DNA of 64,000 bases from Bacillota bacterium (GTDB taxonomy: Bacteria > Bacillota > Clostridia > Oscillospirales > Acutalibacteraceae): positions 157,286 to 221,285 of the forward strand of contig JAEYPT010000006.1 of the NCBI GenBank assembly GCA_023410445.1, written 5' to 3'. Of the stretch, positions 57,533 to 64,000 are shown piece after piece. The notes beneath the pieces were generated by a model. That model saw only the letters and a list, made by a program, of their open reading frames with translations. It was not told the origin of the DNA and made no database searches. Numbering within the stretch: position 1 is the first letter of the stretch; every line of letters begins with the position of its first letter. A program made the translations under genes and the position numbers.

Positions 57533-58168
57533 ATGAAGAAAAAGCTGAAAACAGGATTGATTCTGCTGCTGTCCGTCGTCGTGATCGGCGGCTGCGCGGG
57601 GGCGTTCTACTATTTTTCATCCAATGCGAACCTTCTGAAAACCGACAATGCCCGCGTCACCGCCAAAATGTATACGGTTTCGGGCCTGTCCTCTTCCCGC
57701 CTGCTGGAATGGAACGTCGCCAAGGGAGATTTCGTTGCGAAAAACGAAGTGCTCGGCCGACAGGAAACCCTTCCGGTCATTACCTCCCCAGTAAACGGCA
57801 CCGTCGTGAAGTGCGACGTCGTTGCGGGTGAGGCCGCCACTCCCGCCACCCAGCTCGCCGTGATCGCCGAGACGGATGACATGTACATCGGGGTCAACAT
57901 CGAGGAGACGGAGATTTCGAAGGTCGCCGTCGGCCAGGATGTCGACGTGACGATCGACGCGTACAGCGGTCGGGTCTTCCACGGGAAGATCACGGAGATC
58001 GATTCCGTCACCCAGACCTATTTTTCCAACGGCCTGACCAGTTTTTCAACCAGCGGGGACTACACCAAGGTCACCCAGCTGATTCCGGTCAAAGTCGTCA
58101 TCGATAATCCGGACGGGCTTCCGATGGTCTACGGCATGAACTGCGAAGCCGCCATTCACCTGCACTGA
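57533..58168 (+). CDS. Short HlyD/EmrA-like membrane fusion protein
   Basis: N-terminal TM, ITSPVNGTV, VGQDVDVTIDAY, YTKVTQLIPVKV. Confidence 0.8.
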   Translation: MKKKLKTGLILLLSVVVIGGCAGAFYYFSSNANLLKTDNARVTAKMYTVSGLSSSRLLEWNVAKGDFVAKNEVLGRQETLPVITSPVNGTVVKCDVVAGEAATPATQLAVIAETDDMYIGVNIEETEISKVAVGQDVDVTIDAYSGRVFHGKITEIDSVTQTYFSNGLTSFSTSGDYTKVTQLIPVKVVIDNPDGLPMVYGMNCEAAIHLH

Positions 58169-58184
58169 GAAGGAGGGACTCCGA

Positions 58185-59555
58185 ATGAAAAAGGGAATTG
58201 CAACGATTCTGTGCGCCGCGGTGCTTGTCTCCGCACTGACTGCCTGCGGCAGCACAGATGAACGGCTCAACGTAACGACGGCAAAAGTGAAAAGCACGGG
58301 TACCCTGCTGGCGGCGGACTATATCGGAACGATCCATGCCGCGTCGACGATGGCAGTGTATTCCACCGTCTCCGCAAAGATCGCCTCGGTAAACGTGAAA
58401 CTCGGGCAGCAGGTCAAGGCAGGCGATATTTTGATGCAGCTTGATACCTCCGACGCCGCTCTGGCGCTCAAGCAGGCTCAGGCCGCGCTCGATACCGCCA
58501 ATATCAGCGCCGACAAGGTTGGCTCGGCGGCCAATCTGCAGGCTGCGCAGCAGGCGTCGCAGGCACTTGCCGCCGCGCAGAACGAACTGCACGACGCTCA
58601 GGCGAACTACACCCTTGTCAAAAAACAGTACGACCAGAACATATTGACCGCCGCCGCACAGGCAGCCTACGACCAGGCAAAAAACGCTTATACCAAAACG
58701 AGCCTGATGGCCTCGACCGGCGCCGCCAGTCCGAACGATCTCAAGCTTGCGCAGGATGCTCTGAACAGTGCTTCCGCACAGCTGGAAAGCGCCAAGGCTT
58801 CCGCGCAGAACGCGCTGAACGCTGCGGATACACGCCAGAAAAACGCGCAGAACGCCTTGAACACAGCCGAGCAAAACAGCGCGCTGACCCAGCAGACGGT
58901 GAACCCGGATAACTCCGCGGCGGCCAAAGCCGGGGTGAAATCTGCGGAAACCGCCGTACAGGTTGCGCAGAAACGCATATCGGACTCCACCGTCCGGGCT
59001 GCAATCGGAGGAACGGTCGGCACAGTGAACGTGAAGGCGGGCGACATGGCGTCCCCCCAGCTCCCGGCCTTCCAGCTTGTTGGCGGTACGGGGATGGAAG
59101 CCGACGTGAGCGTGACGGAAAACCGGGTTGCCGGTCTGACCATCGGTTCAAAAGCAACGGTATACCCCGCATCAGGTCTCGGCCCGGTCGAGGGGACGGT
59201 CAGCGAGATTTCCTCCATGGCCTCCGCCCAGAGCGGCCTGTTCCCGGTTAAGATTCTTCTGCCCGGGGGCGAGGGTCTGATGGACGGCATGCAGGCGAGC
59301 GTCCACTTCACCGACACCGATACTTCGGGTACCGTACTCGTTCCCGCCCGCTCCGTGCTGAGCCGTAACGGCAAGCAAGTCGTATTCGCCGCTCGGAACG
59401 GAAAAGCCGTTGAGGTTTCCGTCACCGCCGGGAAAACACAGGGAGCCTATATCGCCGTAACGGGTCTTTCCGGCAGCGATCAGGTCCTCGTACAGGGCGC
59501 GGACAAAGCCAAGGGCGGAGAAGATCTTCGCATTGTTTCCAATACAAACGGATAA
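58185..59555 (+). CDS. Periplasmic-adaptor-like (MFP) lipoprotein with long coiled-coil hairpin
   Basis: Lipobox LTAC, VKLGQQVKAGDIL, long AQ-rich hairpin, VRAAIGGTV, LVPARSV. Confidence 0.85.
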   Translation: MKKGIATILCAAVLVSALTACGSTDERLNVTTAKVKSTGTLLAADYIGTIHAASTMAVYSTVSAKIASVNVKLGQQVKAGDILMQLDTSDAALALKQAQAALDTANISADKVGSAANLQAAQQASQALAAAQNELHDAQANYTLVKKQYDQNILTAAAQAAYDQAKNAYTKTSLMASTGAASPNDLKLAQDALNSASAQLESAKASAQNALNAADTRQKNAQNALNTAEQNSALTQQTVNPDNSAAAKAGVKSAETAVQVAQKRISDSTVRAAIGGTVGTVNVKAGDMASPQLPAFQLVGGTGMEADVSVTENRVAGLTIGSKATVYPASGLGPVEGTVSEISSMASAQSGLFPVKILLPGGEGLMDGMQASVHFTDTDTSGTVLVPARSVLSRNGKQVVFAARNGKAVEVSVTAGKTQGAYIAVTGLSGSDQVLVQGADKAKGGEDLRIVSNTNG

Positions 59556-59568
59556 GGGAGGAATTACC

Positions 59569-60627
59569 ATGAAAAAACACGTTCTGCCCAGCATTGCAAT
59601 CGTGTGTCTGCTGCTCTCCTTCTGGTCTTCGTCCGCGTTCGCCGCGGAGGCGTGGGAAGTGCGGAGCGTCGACTACAGTGACATAGAAACCATGGTCGAC
59701 GACTGCATCAATTTTTCCGCCGCCGATACGGTCGGCCAGCTCCAGGCAGCCTCCGATTCGCTGAGCACCTACGCCGCGTCGCTGAACACACAGCTCACTA
59801 CCCTTCAGCCCGGCACGGATGCTTACCAGTCGGTGTCCGGTCAGCTGGCCCTTGTAAAAGCCGAAATGGGAACGCTCGGTGTTTCCATTAGTACAGTGGA
59901 AAGCCAGATGGGGGGACAGGACTCTCCCCGGGACTCCACCGTCATGGCGGCAAAGACCCTGTACATCACCTACAACAGCCTGCGGGACCAGTACAATTCC
60001 CTTTCCGACAAGATGCGGCTGTTCAGCGCAAACGACAACAATGAAAAGCAGCTTCATGCCGCGGGCTACATCGGCGATTTGCCGTTTGAGCAGTATGAGG
60101 AACAGGGAACCACCATCCAGTCGAACATGCAGAGCCTGCAGCTGCAAATGAACGCCATCAAACGGAGCTTTAATACCCTGCTCGGCCGCAGCTACAGCGA
60201 AGGGCTGGACCTTCACGGACTGCCGTTTACGGAGTTGAACGCAGTCGATTCCCTGAAGTTCGGCAACGACCTCGATAACGCCGTCGGTAACTACCACGGG
60301 GATACCTCCGGCAAAACCTTCAACAACCCGGACTACGATGCAAACTCGGGCAGCTTTGCAGCTTCCTTTAAAAAGCTGTATGACGCCGTGGGCGACAAAA
60401 ACAGTCAGCTCCTGCAGGAAGAAAAGAATCTTGCCACCCAGCAGAAGATTTTTGACGCCGCCGGAAAACAGTATGCTGCCGGGCTGATGTCCAATCTGGA
60501 GTATCTCAACGCACAGGATCAGCTCAACACGGAAAACGCAAAGGTAAAGGCAGCAAAAACCGCTCTGTTTACCGCGTATGAACAATATAAATGGGCCATT
60601 TCCTACGGCATTATCAACAACAGCTGA
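59569..60627 (+). CDS. Secreted TolC-like alpha-helical protein
   Basis: Signal peptide; two OEP-like helical repeats (QLHAAGYIG; QYAAGLMSNLEYLNAQ); RBS GGAGG. Confidence 0.6.
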   Translation: MKKHVLPSIAIVCLLLSFWSSSAFAAEAWEVRSVDYSDIETMVDDCINFSAADTVGQLQAASDSLSTYAASLNTQLTTLQPGTDAYQSVSGQLALVKAEMGTLGVSISTVESQMGGQDSPRDSTVMAAKTLYITYNSLRDQYNSLSDKMRLFSANDNNEKQLHAAGYIGDLPFEQYEEQGTTIQSNMQSLQLQMNAIKRSFNTLLGRSYSEGLDLHGLPFTELNAVDSLKFGNDLDNAVGNYHGDTSGKTFNNPDYDANSGSFAASFKKLYDAVGDKNSQLLQEEKNLATQQKIFDAAGKQYAAGLMSNLEYLNAQDQLNTENAKVKAAKTALFTAYEQYKWAISYGIINNS

Positions 60628-60647
60628 ACCGCCTTCGGCAAAAAGCG

Positions 60648-60688
60648 AGCCTTCCGCCTCCGGGTTACCGGAAACGGAAGGCTTTTTT
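60648..60688 (+). terminator. Intrinsic terminator
   Basis: AGCCTTCCG...CGGAAGGCT followed by TTTTT. Confidence 0.75.
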
Positions 60689-60762
60689 ACGCCCTTCAGA
60701 AGTTACACAAAAAGCGCCCGGCCGAAGCCGGGCGTTCCAGTATTTTTTCTTAGGGGGATTTT

Positions 60763-61470
60763 TTACTGTCCAAGGTAAGCTTTGCGGATGCGGTCGTCCT
60801 GCAGCAGCGTGCGGGCGTCGCCCTGAATTGTAATATCGCCGGTCTCCAGCACATAGGCGCGGTCCGCAATGCTCAGAGCCATCTTGGCGTTCTGCTCTAC
60901 CAGTAGGATCGTGATGCCCTGCGCATGGCAGTCAAGAATGATGCTGAAAATTTCCTTGACCAGAATTGGGGAAAGTCCCATGGAAGGTTCATCCATCAGA
61001 AGAATCTTCGGCTTTCCCATCAGCGCCCGGCACATGGCCAGCATCTGCTGCTCGCCGCCGGAAAGAGTCCCGGCGATCTGCCTGCGGCGTTCTTTCAGTC
61101 GGGGAAAGCGTTTGAACAGATCTTCCATCCGGCTGCGCATCTGCTCCTTGCTTTCCTTGAACGCGAAAGCGCCCATCTCGAGGTTTTCCTGCACCGTCAT
61201 GGTCGGGAAAATGTGGCGCCCTTCCGGTACGTGCCCAATGCCGTAGCTGATCAGTTTGCTCGGCTCTGTGTGCCGCAGGTCCAGGTCGTTATACACGATT
61301 TCGCCGCTCGTTGCCGATTTCAGGCCCGTGATTGTATGAAGAATCGTGGTTTTGCCCGCGCCGTTCGCACCGATCAGGGAAACAATTTCCCCATCGTTCA
61401 CCTCAAGGTTGATGTCGTGCACCGCGTGGATGGCCCCGTACGAAACGTTTAAATCTTTTATCTTCAGCAT
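60763..61470 (-). CDS. livF: Branched-chain amino acid ABC transporter ATPase
   Basis: GANGAGKTT, VPEGRHIF, LSGGEQQML, LVEQNA. Confidence 0.93.
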   Translation of the reverse strand: MLKIKDLNVSYGAIHAVHDINLEVNDGEIVSLIGANGAGKTTILHTITGLKSATSGEIVYNDLDLRHTEPSKLISYGIGHVPEGRHIFPTMTVQENLEMGAFAFKESKEQMRSRMEDLFKRFPRLKERRRQIAGTLSGGEQQMLAMCRALMGKPKILLMDEPSMGLSPILVKEIFSIILDCHAQGITILLVEQNAKMALSIADRAYVLETGDITIQGDARTLLQDDRIRKAYLGQ

Positions 61471-62267
61471 ATGGCCTGCTCCTCGTCCTCTTTCCCAAGG
61501 TAAGCTTCAATTACTCTGGGATTGCTCGCAATTTCTTCCGGCGTGCCGAACGCGATGGTCTCCCCGTAATCGATAACCTTGATTTTTTCGCAGATTTTCA
61601 TCACAAGGCTCATATCGTGTTCGATCAGCAGCACGGGAATTTCGAACTGGTTCCGGATGATGCTGATAATATCCAGAAGCTCCGCCGTTTCGGTCGGGTT
61701 CATGCCGGCGGCAGGCTCATCCAGAAGCAGCAACTTCATGCCGGTTGCGAGGGCGCGCGCGATTTCCAGCCTGCGCTGCTGCCCATAGGGAAGGTTTTCC
61801 GCCACGGCATCGGCCTTGTCCGCCAGATGCACAATCGCAAGAAGTTCCTTCGCCCGACGGTCGATCTCATTTTCCTCTTTCCAGTAGGACTTCGTGCGGA
61901 ACAGGGCCGCGCCCAGACGGTATTTCATGCGGAAATTCATGGCAACCTTGACGTTGTCAAGGACCGACATCTTCTTGAAAAGGCGGATATTCTGGAACGT
62001 ACGGGCAATGCCGGCCTCCACCACGCGGTGGGAGGGCATGCCGTCGATGCGCTTTCCGTTGAGCATAATCGTACCCTGTGTCGGTTTGTAAACGCCCGTC
62101 AGCATGTTGAAAACGGTCGTTTTGCCAGCGCCGTTCGGGCCGATCAGGCCGATCAGTTCCTTTTTCCCGATGGTCATGTTGAAGTCGCTCACCGCCTGCA
62201 GACCGCCAAAGGTGATCCCCAGATGAGAAACTTCCAATACTGGAACTTCCTTTAATGTCTCAGGCAT
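61464..62267 (-). CDS. livG: Branched-chain amino acid ABC transporter ATPase
   Basis: GPNGAGKTT, RTFQNIRLF, LPYGQQRRLEIARA, VIEAYLG. Confidence 0.93.
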   Translation of the reverse strand: MPETLKEVPVLEVSHLGITFGGLQAVSDFNMTIGKKELIGLIGPNGAGKTTVFNMLTGVYKPTQGTIMLNGKRIDGMPSHRVVEAGIARTFQNIRLFKKMSVLDNVKVAMNFRMKYRLGAALFRTKSYWKEENEIDRRAKELLAIVHLADKADAVAENLPYGQQRRLEIARALATGMKLLLLDEPAAGMNPTETAELLDIISIIRNQFEIPVLLIEHDMSLVMKICEKIKVIDYGETIAFGTPEEIASNPRVIEAYLGKEDEEQAIC

Positions 62268-63288
62268 TTGCTCCGCCCCCTTCTCCGGCCGGCGTTTGTT
62301 TCGGCCCGCCTGTCTTTGCTTTGCCGGTCAGTTTGGAAAGAGCCCTCGTAAGCGAGAACTCATAGGTTCCAAAAATCCCGCCCGGACGGAAGATCATAAC
62401 CAGTACCAGCACGACGGAGTACGCCAGCATACGGTAGGTTGCGAACTGCCGCATCATTTCCGGCAGCGAGGAGAGGAACGCAGCGCCGATGATGGAGCCG
62501 GTCAGCGACCCGGTACCGCCGATAATCACTTCCGTCAGAAATTCGGAGGAATACATGTAGTTGAAGTTCGTCGGGATCATAGCGGTCATGTAATGTGCGT
62601 ACATCGCGCCACCGACTCCCGCAAAGAACGCGGAGATGGTAAAGGTGAGCACCTTGTAATAGGTGACGTTAATTCCGCTCGCGCTCGCGGCGATGTAATC
62701 CTCGCGGATGGCGATCACCGTTCTGCCGAACCGGGACCGCACGTACATATACATCAGGGTGACGCAGGCAACCATCACCCAGAAGCACCAGTAAAAATTG
62801 GAGAGCTGCGTAATGCCGCTCATGGTCCGGCCGCCGCCCGTAATATCAAAATTACAGAACGCGACGCGGATAATCTCGGCAAACGCAATCGTCACGATGG
62901 CGAGGTAATCGCCGCGCAGACGAAGCGCAGGGATTCCAACCAGCACGCCGGCGATTGCCGCAAAGATACCGCCCACCAGCAAAGCAAGCAGGAACAGTGG
63001 GAACGCCGGGATGTTTTTGCCGATCATTGCGTTGGTGAAGATCGCCGCGCTGTAAGCGCCGACGGACATGAAGCCCGCGTGGCCGATGGAGAATTCCCCC
63101 ATGAAGCCAGTCAGAAGGTTTAGCGAGGCAACCATGATGATCGTATAGCAGGCCGTTGTGAAAATTCCTTTGATATAAGCCGTCCGGTCACCCATGATTC
63201 TTGATTCAAACACCAGAGCAAACAGCGCAAATAAGGCCAGAACTCCGATGAAATTAGTCAGATAGGACTTTATTTTTTCTTTCGGCAT
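62260..63288 (-). CDS. livM: Branched-chain amino acid ABC permease
   Basis: SIGHAGF, LRLRGDYLAIVT, AIRED, RPGGIFG. Confidence 0.92.
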   Translation of the reverse strand: MPKEKIKSYLTNFIGVLALFALFALVFESRIMGDRTAYIKGIFTTACYTIIMVASLNLLTGFMGEFSIGHAGFMSVGAYSAAIFTNAMIGKNIPAFPLFLLALLVGGIFAAIAGVLVGIPALRLRGDYLAIVTIAFAEIIRVAFCNFDITGGGRTMSGITQLSNFYWCFWVMVACVTLMYMYVRSRFGRTVIAIREDYIAASASGINVTYYKVLTFTISAFFAGVGGAMYAHYMTAMIPTNFNYMYSSEFLTEVIIGGTGSLTGSIIGAAFLSSLPEMMRQFATYRMLAYSVVLVLVMIFRPGGIFGTYEFSLTRALSKLTGKAKTGGPKQTPAGEGGGANA

Positions 63289-63298
63289 TTTCCTACCC

Positions 63299-64000
63299 CT
63301 ACACTTTCTCGCTCTGGCTCTTGCCCAGCAGACCGGTGGGCTTAATCAGCAGAACAATAATCAGAAGACCGTATGTGATTGCCTCATACCAGCCGGGAGC
63401 AATATAAACCTTGACGAAGATTTCAATCAGACCCACGAGCAGGCCGCCGATCATAGCGCCCGAAATGCTGCCGATGCCGCCAATAACCGCGGCGATAAAG
63501 GCTTTCAGGCCCAGCATCATGCCCATGTCGGTGGTGACGCGGGGATAGGTGCTGCAGTACATCAGCGACGCCACGCCGGCCAGACCTGCGCCGATAGCGA
63601 ACGTGAGAGTAATGATCTTGCCGACGTTGATGCCGACGAGCGTGGATGCTTTTTTATCCTGCGGAACGGCGCGCATTGCCTTTCCGATCCGCGTATACTT
63701 GACAAACAGATTAAGCCCTACCATGATGGCCAGCCCGATGCCCAGCGTTAGCAGATATTTCATCTGCAGATGCGCCCCCAGAATGGGGATGGTATGCATT
63801 TCAAAGATTGTAGGAACTGCCTGGGGGTTCGGCCCGAATACCACCATGGCGAGATTCTCAAGAAACAGGCTCATGGCCAATGCCGTGATCAGTGCGGACA
63901 TCGGACCGGCATTCAGCACCGGCCGGTAGGCGATGACCTCCACCAACACGCCCACAATCGTGCAGGCGACAATGGCGGCGATTACGGAAAGCCATGCCGG
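63299..64000 (-). CDS. livH: Branched-chain amino acid ABC permease (5'-truncated by the window edge)
   Basis: AYRP, GKAMRAV, KAFIAAVIGGIG, KPTGLLG. Confidence 0.9.
   Translation of the reverse strand, partial: PAWLSVIAAIVACTIVGVLVEVIAYRPVLNAGPMSALITALAMSLFLENLAMVVFGPNPQAVPTIFEMHTIPILGAHLQMKYLLTLGIGLAIMVGLNLFVKYTRIGKAMRAVPQDKKASTLVGINVGKIITLTFAIGAGLAGVASLMYCSTYPRVTTDMGMMLGLKAFIAAVIGGIGSISGAMIGGLLVGLIEIFVKVYIAPGWYEAITYGLLIIVLLIKPTGLLGKSQSEKV

Overview
A gene-dense 64-kb chromosomal segment from a monoderm clostridial anaerobe; codon style and gene content suggest Oscillospiraceae/Ruminococcaceae such as Caproicibacter/Caproiciproducens (inference). I see no rRNA, tRNA, CRISPR array, integrase or transposase. 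Left to right: (1) two modules, each pairing a 7TM-sensor two-component system with a large secreted protein (a BspA-type LRR protein and an Ig-repeat protein); the two proteins share an unexplained ~350-aa C-terminal module with an H-C-S motif and no known anchor; (2) a DUF2935-like gene and the Ku/LigD NHEJ pair; (3) an Rrf2-regulated acyl-CoA dehydrogenase-ETF-rubredoxin fusion plus a flavodiiron protein; (4) MarR/MFS, a PadR-controlled enoate reductase, an ABC importer with an alkaline-phosphatase-family enzyme, and an Fe-S aldo/keto reductase; (5) a compact type IV filament-like operon (transglutaminase-like lipoprotein, PilC/GspF, four atypical pilin-like proteins, PilT) with no PilB or prepilin peptidase in the window; (6) a c-di-GMP-I riboswitch upstream of a sortase-pilus operon that begins with a DivIVA-like protein and a signal peptidase; (7) a TetM/EF-G-like GTPase fused to a YacP/Rae1 NYN nuclease and coupled to a zinc-finger gene; (8) TetR with a heterodimeric ABC exporter, two adaptor proteins and a TolC-like protein; (9) the 3' part of a livHMGF operon. 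The best candidates for undescribed systems are the PilT-only filament operon, the sensor/surface-protein modules with their shared tail, and the GTPase-NYN fusion. All family calls come from motif recognition by eye; no database searches were run.
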